A stretch of 64,000 nt of DNA from a virus. The notes beneath the pieces were generated by a model. The model was given only the letters and a program-made list of their open reading frames with translations, was not told the origin of the DNA and made no database searches. Positions 10,171 through 18,955 of this stretch are shown piece by piece. A program made the position numbers and the translations under genes. Numbering within the stretch: position 1 is the stretch's first letter; each line of letters starts with the position of its first letter. Where the stretch lies: positions 32,001 to 96,000 of the IMG/VR virus record IMGVR_UViG_3300003886_000001; one strand, 5' to 3'.

Positions 10171-12138
10171 GTGATTCCAACTCAGGAAAAGACTGTTACT
10201 AATGAGATTAAAGGTAGCTTGAGAAGCAAGCGTATGACCCTTGACCCTGATAGTATTACTCATATCATGGGTATTCTAACAGACTTATATAGCGACCCAG
10301 CTATGGCGGTTATCCGTGAATACACGTTAAACGCTATTGATTCTCATGCCGCTGCCGGAAAAGGAGATGTTCCTGTTACGATTGGGTTACCAACGGCGTT
10401 TAGTGATACCTTCGTTGTTAAAGACGAAGGTATTGGAATGGACGAGGAAGAGGTATTTAATACCTTTGGCAGCTACGGAGCTTCTACAAAACGAGAAAGT
10501 GATAACTATACGGGGCAGCTAGGGTTAGGGTGTAAGTCTGGCCTAACGTTGACGAACCAATTTTCGCTAGTAGCAATTAAAGATGGTATCAAATGTGCTT
10601 TTTCTGTCCATAAGGACGAATTTGGTGTACCTTGTATTACAAAGTTGTATCAGGGTTTAACAGACGCTCACAATGGCGTAGAGGTCTCAATAGCGATTAA
10701 AGACGTGGAGGAGTTTAAGAAAAGGGCGGCACGATTCTTCCCATTCGTTACCCCTATCCCTGTATTTCTAAACGAGTTTAGCGTACAAACAAAACCTATC
10801 TTGGAAATATCGCCATCTATCAAGATTGTTGATAGTACACAAGACTGTGTAGTAATGGGTAATGTACCTTACCCATTTGTACATGATAAGTTATTTAGGA
10901 CCCTGACGAGGCCCTCTATAGTTTTGTACGCAAAAATGGGAGAAGTAAACTTTACTCCAAGTAGGGAGAGTCTTCACTATACTGCGAAGACAAAGGATTT
11001 CTTGAATCGTAAATACGAAGAATTGGAAGATAAGTTAGCGTCTAAGATATCACAAGACTTAGACTTAGCCGACAACTATGCTGAGGCTTGCAAACTCTGT
11101 AGGGATAAGAAGTACTATGCATTATTGATAGACCTCTCCGCCATGAAAGTACCGATGTTTCATGGAGAGGAAGTCTCCTCTAGTTTGTATGCATTCTCAC
11201 CAATAAAGAGTTATTATTTGGATAACGGTAAGTTGAAATTTAAGCGTAAGGGTACTACATCCTTTTATACAGATAATTTAGGAATAACTGTCTTGATACA
11301 TGACAACCCTTATCTGACTTCAACTAACCGTAGAAAATTGAAGATATTTATGCTTGAGAAGGGGTTAAATGAAGTATATTATATTACCAATAGCCTAGAT
11401 AGCTATTTTAGTCCCATTGTTAGTACACAGATGAAGACTATCACCATAGAGGACTTAAAATATATAAAATTACCGTCACGAAGTGGTAAATGTGAGAGCA
11501 AATGGCCTCGACTTGAAGTGAAGCGTCATACCGCTTGGAGCCGTCAGGTCGAGTTTGTTATGGACACCGAGGCCGAAGTAAAGGCACGAAAAGGTGATAT
11601 TGTATTTCTATCAAGAGGTCCACTAAAAATAAATGCATATACTTTAACCTCTTTGTTCCCTGATACCTATTTTTATGCTGTACCGGCATCTCGCGCACCC
11701 TCATTTAGGCATCTCTCCCCCCGTGCCCGCTCTATTAACGAATTTTTGCTCAACCAGTTGATAAAAATTGAAAACTCTATGACAGATGCTCAGAAACTAC
11801 GTGTAGCCGGTATACCAAGCCAAGCCTTAATTAAGTTATCTCCAAATATCTTGTCTAGTGACCAAATACAAGATAAACAGTTGAGGGCGTTTGGGCAGAA
11901 GATAGTAGCAGTCGATGAGGCTGTCATAAAAATTCATAACGAGCCTTGGTCGACATTTAGAAGAATATGCACCACCTCTGGTCTTGCAGAACTGGTTATG
12001 GATATAGGTCAGGATATTAGAGAGTCTTTTATTAAGGAATCCGACGCTTTAGCTAAAAAGTATCCGCTACTGTTTGTTTCTCAAGACCGCACATTCACCC
12101 AATCCTATATAGACTATGTAAATGAAAGGAATTTATGA
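10171..12138 (+). CDS. rIIA: rIIA-like protein (GHKL ATPase N-terminus)
   Basis: LYSD..AVIREYTLNAIDSH, DEGIGM, STKRESD, GQLGLGCKS, FTPSRESLHY. Confidence 0.88.
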   Translation: MIPTQEKTVTNEIKGSLRSKRMTLDPDSITHIMGILTDLYSDPAMAVIREYTLNAIDSHAAAGKGDVPVTIGLPTAFSDTFVVKDEGIGMDEEEVFNTFGSYGASTKRESDNYTGQLGLGCKSGLTLTNQFSLVAIKDGIKCAFSVHKDEFGVPCITKLYQGLTDAHNGVEVSIAIKDVEEFKKRAARFFPFVTPIPVFLNEFSVQTKPILEISPSIKIVDSTQDCVVMGNVPYPFVHDKLFRTLTRPSIVLYAKMGEVNFTPSRESLHYTAKTKDFLNRKYEELEDKLASKISQDLDLADNYAEACKLCRDKKYYALLIDLSAMKVPMFHGEEVSSSLYAFSPIKSYYLDNGKLKFKRKGTTSFYTDNLGITVLIHDNPYLTSTNRRKLKIFMLEKGLNEVYYITNSLDSYFSPIVSTQMKTITIEDLKYIKLPSRSGKCESKWPRLEVKRHTAWSRQVEFVMDTEAEVKARKGDIVFLSRGPLKINAYTLTSLFPDTYFYAVPASRAPSFRHLSPRARSINEFLLNQLIKIENSMTDAQKLRVAGIPSQALIKLSPNILSSDQIQDKQLRAFGQKIVAVDEAVIKIHNEPWSTFRRICTTSGLAELVMDIGQDIRESFIKESDALAKKYPLLFVSQDRTFTQSYIDYVNERNL

Positions 12139-13217
12139 ATGTATCTTTTAATATTACTCATTCGGACACGGATGGTATACAAATAATAGTGTATATTGAT
12201 GGTACCGCGTACGTTGCCAGTGAGTCACATCTGTTGTTTAAGGATATTTTGAAAGCCTGTCGAGAGCTTGACTTTGAAAATCTGGCTCAGTTATTTGACG
12301 TAAAGGGGGTCCTTACCGAAACATTATCACAACTTAGCGAACGTGTAAGAATTAGTGAGACTACGCTATATTTTGATGGTGAGCCTATGTTTGGTAAATT
12401 AACTACTATTCTTGTGAATACGTATAGAGATGGAAGGGATTTTGTCCCGCTGCTTAACTTTTTAGAAAACCTTATGAATAATCCCAGTAGAGGCAGTAGA
12501 GAACAGCTGTATGGATTTCTAGAACACCACCATTTTTCAATTACATCTGATGGGCACTTTTTAGCCTATAAGGGAGTAAATAGCGATAGGCATTCTCTTC
12601 ATAACGGGTATGGTATCGTGGACGGAGTAATAACACATGGAACCTTACCAAATAAAGACGGTTCTATTATTGAAATGGGAAGGGACAGAGTCGTAGAAGA
12701 CCCTAACCAGGGATGTACAGTAGGACTCCATGTAGGCACCTATTTATATGCCAGTAGTTACGGATACGTGACCGTGCTGGTCAAGGTTAATCCACGAGAT
12801 GTAGTGTCAGTACCTATTGATTCAGACTATCAGAAGCTGAGAGTTACCAGATATAAAGTTTTACATGAGGTATCCGAAGAAGTACCTGATGATTATTATG
12901 AGGATACTATGCTAATTCCAGATGATGAGTATGATGATGCTGAGTTAATACCGGAGCTATCAGACGATAGAGTAGACGACTTATTAGTGGATATGGCTGT
13001 TTCAACGCTAGAAGAAGAAGCTTCAAACTATACTTATAAGGGACGTATGGCTGGTTCATACAAGCAGCTAGCGGAAAGATTAGGATTTAGTAGGGATGTA
13101 GCCGAGTATCTAGATAACTCTCATTCTGCTAATGCAGTTTACCGGTATCATGTAGATAGGTTAAGGGATGCCTATTTATCAGAAGGTGATGGTGATGAGG
13201 AAAATAACCCAACATGA
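12135..13217 (+). CDS. rIIB: rIIB-like protein
   Basis: FLENLMNNPS, FLAYKGV, CTVGLHVG, KVNPRDVVSVPIDSD.QKLRVTRY; directly follows rIIA. Confidence 0.88.
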   Translation: MNVSFNITHSDTDGIQIIVYIDGTAYVASESHLLFKDILKACRELDFENLAQLFDVKGVLTETLSQLSERVRISETTLYFDGEPMFGKLTTILVNTYRDGRDFVPLLNFLENLMNNPSRGSREQLYGFLEHHHFSITSDGHFLAYKGVNSDRHSLHNGYGIVDGVITHGTLPNKDGSIIEMGRDRVVEDPNQGCTVGLHVGTYLYASSYGYVTVLVKVNPRDVVSVPIDSDYQKLRVTRYKVLHEVSEEVPDDYYEDTMLIPDDEYDDAELIPELSDDRVDDLLVDMAVSTLEEEASNYTYKGRMAGSYKQLAERLGFSRDVAEYLDNSHSANAVYRYHVDRLRDAYLSEGDGDEENNPT

Positions 13218-13560
13218 ATTGCGGAGTGTTGAGTTAATTTTAGACAAGATTCGTACTGTCATTGATTTGGAGTATTTCTATGATGATGAGCAGAACATCT
13301 TAGCCATTGGGGATAACTACATTATGCGTGGTGGCACTATCACACAGTATAATGGGGCTGTAGAACAAGACATCTTCCGTCTAATATACGGAGAAGACCA
13401 TCCAGGAGACGACCATTTTGACTTTTCTCGTTGGGAGGAGGAGGACGTGGCGTCCGCAAACGCGGTAGAGCCGTTGTTACCGATATTTCTTGCCAATCTA
13501 TTCCAACGATGGGGAGAAGAGCTTATTTATTCAAAGTTCAAATTGGGGCTGAAAGGATAA
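13168..13560 (+). CDS. hypothetical protein
   Basis: ORF within the operon. Confidence 0.55.
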   Translation: MPIYQKVMVMRKITQHELRSVELILDKIRTVIDLEYFYDDEQNILAIGDNYIMRGGTITQYNGAVEQDIFRLIYGEDHPGDDHFDFSRWEEEDVASANAVEPLLPIFLANLFQRWGEELIYSKFKLGLKG

Positions 13561-13561
13561 A

Positions 13562-13774
13562 ATGGTTAAATTAGAGCACAGGCCTTATAATCCCCTGTTA
13601 AAGTTGAAATCAATAACAGCGGATGTGATTAATACCCTAGGTAGCGAAGAGGCAGTATCATATATTACCAAGTACCATCACGATGGGGAAACAGGAGAAG
13701 TTTATTATGATACTCCATCCGGGAAGGTAAAGGTATGCTGTGATGAGAAATATGTCTACTTATCTTGGGCGTAA
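13562..13774 (+). CDS. hypothetical protein
   Basis: ORF within the operon. Confidence 0.5.
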   Translation: MVKLEHRPYNPLLKLKSITADVINTLGSEEAVSYITKYHHDGETGEVYYDTPSGKVKVCCDEKYVYLSWA

Positions 13775-13962
13775 TTGACATGTCAAAAGATTATGATACG
13801 TGGTACAATGAGGTAGAGATTTCTGTATGGGGTCTGTTATTTACCAATATGGATGTTTATGAAGATGTTAACTTCGAAGCCATTTTTGCCAGCGGAATGG
13901 AACCATACAACGTTGCGGAATACTTGTACTTAAGGGAGTATACAGATGAGACTACCGGTTGA
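13765..13962 (+). CDS. small acidic protein (W..EV...G..P family)
   Basis: Pattern shared with 47685..47861 and 48638..48790. Confidence 0.55.
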   Translation: MGVIDMSKDYDTWYNEVEISVWGLLFTNMDVYEDVNFEAIFASGMEPYNVAEYLYLREYTDETTG

Positions 13963-14265
13963 ACTATTGATAGTTGATAAAAAAAACCATCGTAAACTAG
14001 TTAGTGTCCCTCTCTTGTTAGTATCCAAGCGCAGTGAGCTTATAGACAGCGCCAAGGCATATGTTAAACAAAGTTGGCGAGGATATACTTTAATTAGTGT
14101 GCATGAGGGACGACTATTCAACGATGGTTAAGATTACTTACGACATTGTTGAAAATGGGGTAACATATGGTAAAGGGATAGTGTACACAGAGGAAGACGA
14201 TGCCGACAAGTGGTTTTTCCATATCATTAGACATGATAAACATGTTATCAGTTATGAGGTAGAAC

Positions 14266-14550
14266 ATGTTAGATGAGGATGCTCTAGAAGAGGTAAAGGT
14301 AATTAGTCGTGTTATTTTTTCTAATGGAAAGGGGGAGACCATCGTATTAGAAACAGAACATGGGCTAGAAGAGATAAGACAGCAATTATACATTATTAGC
14401 GCTAAAAAGACCCTACATGCAAAGTTCAGGGGAGCAGACGCATTTAACAAACTACATTATGAGTTTACATGGAATGTCGAAGACCGAGACTTAGATGACA
14501 TGATTAAAGAGTTTTTAGGAGCCGGCTGGGTTATTAGAAATGAGGAATAA
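14266..14550 (+). CDS. hypothetical protein
   Basis: ORF with upstream GAGGT RBS. Confidence 0.5.
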   Translation: MLDEDALEEVKVISRVIFSNGKGETIVLETEHGLEEIRQQLYIISAKKTLHAKFRGADAFNKLHYEFTWNVEDRDLDDMIKEFLGAGWVIRNEE

Positions 14551-14706
14551 AGAATGGAATACATAATAATTATCCCGGTTTTACTTGCTATAAATTACCT
14601 GCTAGTAAAGAAACCAGCGAAAAACTTCTTGCGTATGGAAGTTGTAGGATACTTATTGGTAGGCGGTCTTGTTAGATTTGCCCACTTACTAAATATTTTG
14701 TAAGCC

Positions 14707-14736
14707 TTGACAATCAGTCTTCCAATCTGCTATAGT
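14707..14736 (+). promoter_or_regulatory. sigma70-type promoter (leaderless)
   Basis: TTGACA-18-TATAGT, ATG 7 nt downstream. Confidence 0.7.
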
Positions 14737-14743
14737 GATTTAA

Positions 14744-14974
14744 ATGACTAAATATACGATTTTTTATATGACAAACCAAAGAGAAGCAGCGGAGGGGGAT
14801 ATGGACGCCGATGCTGTTAAACAGGTCTTTGATGATAAGGAAGTTGAAGTAATTTTGAAACAAGATAATCTAACGTTTCTTGCCCTAAAAGACCAACTAA
14901 ACGGACATAGTAACCCCGCTCACCCGGCTGTAAAGGGGCCGTTAGTAATGATTGAAGATTCAGAATTATGGTAA
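14744..14974 (+). CDS. hypothetical protein
   Basis: Directly after the promoter. Confidence 0.6.
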   Translation: MTKYTIFYMTNQREAAEGDMDADAVKQVFDDKEVEVILKQDNLTFLALKDQLNGHSNPAHPAVKGPLVMIEDSELW

Positions 14975-15240
14975 CTGTAGATAAACTTAAATCGCTTTTA
15001 CAAATTATAGAAAAGGAGTATCCTGATGTTTATAATTGGGATACAATTGATGAGCTACAGCTATCACTAGACGAAGCAGAAGACAGGGAACAGCTTAAAC
15101 GCTCGGACTTTAAGATGGAAACTCCGGAGGGGAATAAGTCTGTTTTGAGTTTGGCTCTTGCCATCTTTGATTATGCCCAAGACACCGGACTGGTTTATTG
15201 GGAAGTAGATGAACTAATTGGAGAATTATTTAATGTCTAA
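14968..15240 (+). CDS. hypothetical protein
   Basis: Coupled ORF. Confidence 0.55.
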   Translation: MVTVDKLKSLLQIIEKEYPDVYNWDTIDELQLSLDEAEDREQLKRSDFKMETPEGNKSVLSLALAIFDYAQDTGLVYWEVDELIGELFNV

Positions 15241-15274
15241 TACTTCTCATGTAGCTGTAAAGTAAGATTAGGGC

Positions 15275-15505
15275 ATGAGTCAAACAGAAGACCTTCACGA
15301 GGTTGTAAACGCGCTCCGCGAGGAGATGATTAAGCTTAAGAAGGGCGCTTATGCGTTAAGCCTGTTAGCACTAACGTACGATTCTCTTAGACAACGTGAT
15401 AATGCTGCTAGCACTCGACATGCTCATCGGTTACTATCCTTAGCTAGTGAAGCACTTTTCGCCGCCCAAGAGCATTTTAACGACATATCTAGTAGAGAGG
15501 ATTAA
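15275..15505 (+). CDS. hypothetical protein (leaderless)
   Basis: ATG 6 nt after TAAGAT of a TTCTCAT-N12 promoter. Confidence 0.6.
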   Translation: MSQTEDLHEVVNALREEMIKLKKGAYALSLLALTYDSLRQRDNAASTRHAHRLLSLASEALFAAQEHFNDISSRED

Positions 15506-15694
15506 TATGGACATCTACCTTTTTTCTTATAGTGGCCTTGGTTCCACAGACCGAGAGTTAGTAGTGTCTCCTAGTGAGTCCAAAGCATGGGAATTAGTGC
15601 AGGAAAGATATCCGGAACGAGAACATGAGAACTGGCAACTACAAGGCACGATAGATACCTCTCAAGGAGTGGTTGCAGAGGAATTATTCAATAA

Positions 15695-16198
15695 TTGTGG
15701 AGAGTAAGGAAGTTAATCATGTCCTGGAAAAATCACAAGAAATACGCTTATAGGGACAGATATATTCGGAATACTTTGAATGCAAGAAAAATCTATCAAA
15801 GCTATCCGCCTCTTTTTGTTGCGGGGGAAAATCTCCAGCGGGGGACGCCACGTCTACAGGACAGGATGCAATACTGCTCGTTTGGGGTTAGGAAAGTAAC
15901 CCGTTTGGTTACCCCTGTCGAGGAACCTGATGATTATGTAACACGAATCTCTCAAGATGAATTCTGGGGCCTTGAAGAAAAGGAGTATGAGGATAAATAC
16001 ATTGCTGTACGTTATAACCTTGATAGGTCACTTCATGGAGATGGACCTTATTGGAAATGGTGGAAAAAACAAAGTAAACGAGTGACACGTCGTCAGAACC
16101 GCTCCTATTGTAAAAGTGTTATGGACGACGAAGAACGGGCAGAAAGAAAGCTGCCAGAACATAATTTTCGGGAGTATACGGACTGGTCTTGGTATTAA
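15695..16198 (+). CDS. hypothetical basic protein
   Basis: Long ORF; Trp/Arg-rich C-terminus. Confidence 0.6.
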   Translation: MWRVRKLIMSWKNHKKYAYRDRYIRNTLNARKIYQSYPPLFVAGENLQRGTPRLQDRMQYCSFGVRKVTRLVTPVEEPDDYVTRISQDEFWGLEEKEYEDKYIAVRYNLDRSLHGDGPYWKWWKKQSKRVTRRQNRSYCKSVMDDEERAERKLPEHNFREYTDWSWY

Positions 16199-16932
16199 TG
16201 AGAGCCCCACACAACAGAACGTTGACCTGTTCTGCATCTGAGCTAGAAGAGCTCTCAAAAGACCTTCTATACCTGCATTCCCGCCGCCGGCCCGCTGCTT
16301 TTGTTAACCGTGTAATTAACCAGGACTTGTGGGAGGCTGCCCAATTTTTACCAAAGAAGTTTGTGGACCTTCTCATCCTGGACAACTTAACCAAGAATTA
16401 TATAAACTACACGTCATGGTTTTCAGAAGTTTTGGACATGCTAGCTCCAACCCTAAAGCCTACAGCTTCCGTATACGTGTGCAGCGATTGGAGAACATCT
16501 ACCCTCATATTTCCCGTATTAGAACGGTACTTCCACGTACGCAATAGGATTACTTGGGAACCTGGAAGAGGAGCAAATACAAACTGGAAGAATAACACGG
16601 AGGATATCTGGTTTGCCACATGCACGGATGATTACCAGTTCAACCAATCAAATCTTTGGCCAAATGTTTCTATTCCGCCTTGGGAAGACACTGACCACCC
16701 AATCCAGAAACCCGAGAAACTTATTGCTAAACTTATACTTGCTAGTTCACGCGAAGACGGTATGGTATTTGCTCCTTTTCTGGGCAGTGGTACTACAGCC
16801 GTCGTTGCGAAAAAGTTGAACAGAAGGTTTTGTGGAATTGAACTAAATCGCGAATACTGCTGTTGGACGCTAAAACGCTTGCAGAAAGCAGAATCAGACA
16901 AACGCATCCAAGGGTATTATATAGCCTCTTGA
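16189..16932 (+). CDS. N4/N6 DNA methyltransferase-like protein, catalytic motif deleted
   Basis: Beta-class layout; LLILD-NLTKN where DPPY is expected; HPIQKPEKL; FAPFLGSGTT motif I. Confidence 0.8.
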   Translation: MVLMRAPHNRTLTCSASELEELSKDLLYLHSRRRPAAFVNRVINQDLWEAAQFLPKKFVDLLILDNLTKNYINYTSWFSEVLDMLAPTLKPTASVYVCSDWRTSTLIFPVLERYFHVRNRITWEPGRGANTNWKNNTEDIWFATCTDDYQFNQSNLWPNVSIPPWEDTDHPIQKPEKLIAKLILASSREDGMVFAPFLGSGTTAVVAKKLNRRFCGIELNREYCCWTLKRLQKAESDKRIQGYYIAS

Positions 16933-16957
16933 CACGACTTCTAAACTATGATATACT
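16929..16957 (+). promoter_or_regulatory. sigma70-type promoter of the tRNA array
   Basis: TTGACA-17-TATACT with TG extension. Confidence 0.85.
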
Positions 16958-17004
16958 ATGTTTGTTGGTAAGGAGGATTTAGGTCTCGATTACGAGAACG
17001 GAAT

Positions 17005-17093
17005 GGAGGATTGCCAGAGTCGGCCAATTGGGTCTCGCTGCTAACGAGAACGGTGTAATAGCCACAGAGGTTCGAATCCTCTATCCTCCTCCA
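17005..17093 (+). tRNA. tRNA-Ser(GCT)
   Basis: Cloverleaf, long variable arm, loop CTGCTAA, CCA; U73. Confidence 0.9.
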
Positions 17094-17096
17094 ATT

Positions 17097-17171
17097 GCGG
17101 TTATGGTGTTAATGGTAGCACAGGGGTCTTCCAAACCACAGGCCAGGGTTCGAATCCCTGTAACCGCTCCA
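17097..17171 (+). tRNA. tRNA-Gly(TCC)
   Basis: Cloverleaf, loop CTTCCAA, CCA. Confidence 0.9.
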
Positions 17172-17174
17172 AAA

Positions 17175-17249
17175 GTCGGCTTGGTGTAATGGGAACATGG
17201 CACTCTCCAAAAGTGTTAGATGCAGGTTCGACCCCTGTGGCCGGCGCCA
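17175..17249 (+). tRNA. tRNA-Trp(CCA)
   Basis: Cloverleaf, loop CTCCAAA, CCA. Confidence 0.88.
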
Positions 17250-17252
17250 AAT

Positions 17253-17327
17253 GGTTTGTTGATATAACGGAAATTATACTAACCTGTCACGTTAGAAATA
17301 GGGGTTCGACTCCCCTACAGACCGCCA
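17253..17327 (+). tRNA. tRNA-Asp(GTC)
   Basis: Cloverleaf, loop CTGTCAC, CCA. Confidence 0.88.
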
Positions 17328-17366
17328 ATTTTAATCTTCCTCATGATTGTACGAGCTACAATGTAT

Positions 17367-17441
17367 TCTAGGATGGTGAAAGGGTATCACGGCAGACTGT
17401 TAATCTGTCAGTTGTAGGTTCGAATCCTACTCCTAGAGCCA
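17367..17441 (+). tRNA. tRNA-Asn(GTT)
   Basis: Cloverleaf, loop CTGTTAA, CCA. Confidence 0.9.
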
Positions 17442-17442
17442 A

Positions 17443-17517
17443 GCTTCTGTAGGACAATGGTTAGTCTCCCCGGCTCTTACCCGGTATATTCCAGTTCGAA
17501 TCTGGACAGAAGCACCA
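17443..17517 (+). tRNA. tRNA-Lys(CTT)
   Basis: Cloverleaf, loop CTCTTAC, CCA. Confidence 0.88.
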
Positions 17518-17586
17518 CTTCTCACCAAACTCATCTTCAAGCTGCTAGACTAAGTAAGTAAGGAAAGGAAGGAAAGACAACAACTT

Positions 17587-17661
17587 GCTCCCGTGGCCGA
17601 ACGGTTAGGCATCCGACTTTTAATCGGTACAGCGTAGGTTCGACTCCTACCGGGGGCACCA
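17587..17661 (+). tRNA. tRNA-Lys(TTT)
   Basis: Cloverleaf, loop CTTTTAA, CCA. Confidence 0.92.
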
Positions 17662-17867
17662 GGAGTTCCGGCTCCTACAAACCGGTACAGAAAAGGCGAC
17701 GGTTTCTGTAGAGCACGGGGGTAGCTCACCCCCAAGTCGCAAAACAAAAGGGTGGTTTTCACGGTCTTTTCCCACCTTATATATAAAAAAAGACACTTCT
17801 CTACCCGGGGACACTAGAGGGTCTGGTGGTAAGGTGAGAAATTATAACACCTCACAGCCACCATTCT

Positions 17868-17958
17868 GGAAGATGCCGCTAAATGGCTGGCAACTGGTCT
17901 TGAAAACCAGGGGAGCACCTAAGAAGGGCTCGGGGTTCGATTCCTCCATCTTCCTCCA
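17868..17958 (+). tRNA. tRNA-Ser(TGA)
   Basis: Cloverleaf, long variable arm, loop CTTGAAA, CCA; U73. Confidence 0.9.
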
Positions 17959-17969
17959 AGAACAAGTAT

Positions 17970-18045
17970 GGGGACGCATGTGCCAAGGGGGCGAGGATGC
18001 CTTGCAAGCAACCTGTGGAGAGTTCGATTCCCTCCGTCTCCACCA
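17970..18045 (+). tRNA. tRNA-Ala(TGC)
   Basis: G3.U70, loop CTTGCAA, CCA. Confidence 0.88.
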
Positions 18046-18047
18046 TA

Positions 18048-18137
18048 GGCAAGTAGTTTACTTGAATAGAACAGCGCACCTAGATAGACGCGTATTTAAT
18101 AGGGTGTGAAAGCGCAGGTTCGACTCCTGTCTTGCCA
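18048..18137 (+). ncRNA. tRNA-like RNA with enlarged anticodon arm
   Basis: Acceptor GGCAAG/CTTGCC, D arm GTTT/GAAC, T arm GCAGG-TTCGACT-CCTGT; ~35-nt arm replaces the anticodon stem-loop; no CCA. Confidence 0.6.
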
Positions 18138-18231
18138 ACTCTCGCGTGAGCGAGTGATAGCGGAATAATGCGCGGGTTGCGGGGCACAATGGAATGAGTA
18201 TCGCCATGGACACGAAAAGGATACTCTTTAT

Positions 18232-18319
18232 GCTAGGACGGCAACGATGGTGAGTTGTGATGGACTGTAAATCCATTGCCCTTTGGGCTTAGTAGGTTCG
18301 AATCCTATTCCTAGCACCA
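18232..18319 (+). tRNA. tRNA-Tyr(GTA)
   Basis: Long variable arm, loop CTGTAAA, CCA. Confidence 0.9.
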
Positions 18320-18463
18320 ATGAAGTTAGTACCGGGTAAACCTATCTGTCTGTCGGCTGAGGATAGCCTAGAATTAAGTCGAAGCCTTCTAGAGCCATCC
18401 ACCCCTGTATTAGCTTTAGTAAAGGCGTACAAGCGCTCTCAGAGGCTTATACAAAAATAGGAT

Positions 18464-18541
18464 GGTCCTCGGGTGTGGCTGGTGCCAGCACACGTGTCTG
18501 AAAAACACGAGGTTGCAGTTCGATTCTGCGGGGGACCACCA
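18464..18541 (+). tRNA. tRNA-Phe(GAA)
   Basis: Loop CTGAAAA, CCA. Confidence 0.88.
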
Positions 18542-18544
18542 CAT

Positions 18545-18621
18545 GTTGGATGATGCCGAAATGGTTGAGGCACCAGACTGTGAATCTGGAGTAATGGGTT
18601 CAATTCCCATCATCCAACCCA
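18545..18621 (+). tRNA. tRNA-His(GTG)
   Basis: G-1:C73 pair, loop CTGTGAA, CCA. Confidence 0.9.
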
Positions 18622-18627
18622 TATAAT

Positions 18628-18704
18628 CGGGAATTAGCGCAGCCTGGTAGCGCACCTGTTTTGGGAACAGGGGGCCACAAGTTCGAATCTTGTATTCCCG
18701 ACCA
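18628..18704 (+). tRNA. tRNA-Pro(TGG)
   Basis: Loop TTTGGGA, CCA. Confidence 0.92.
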
Positions 18705-18706
18705 AT

Positions 18707-18781
18707 GCCTTCTAAGCATAAATGGTGATGCACTAGCCTTGTAAACTGGTGAAGTCGGTTCGATTCCGGCAGAGGGCTCCA
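18707..18781 (+). tRNA. tRNA-Thr(TGT)
   Basis: Loop CTTGTAA, CCA. Confidence 0.88.
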
Positions 18782-18785
18782 AAGT

Positions 18786-18874
18786 GTGATAGTGGCGGAA
18801 TTGGTATACGCGCTGGTCTCAAAAACCAGTTAGGTTAATCCCTTATGTGGGTTCGACTCCCACCTATCTCACCA
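18786..18874 (+). tRNA. tRNA-Leu(CAA)
   Basis: Long variable arm, loop CTCAAAA, CCA; one acceptor mismatch. Confidence 0.87.
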
Positions 18875-18877
18875 TAT

Positions 18878-18952
18878 TGCCTGCTAGTCTAAATGGTAAA
18901 ACGTCGGACTCTGAATCCGTACTTCCAGGTTCGAATCCTGGGCGGGCAGCCA
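18878..18952 (+). tRNA. tRNA-Gln(CTG)
   Basis: U1-A72, loop CTCTGAA, CCA. Confidence 0.9.
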
Positions 18953-18955
18953 CAT

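Noticed and set aside
17662-17740. Theta/HDV-like ribozyme at a tRNA 3' end
   Set aside because: Could not find the P1 3' strand after a P3 hairpin in HDV order.
18355-18390. Hammerhead ribozyme (CTGAGGA core)
   Set aside because: No convincing stem II followed by GAAA, and no stem I/III closure.
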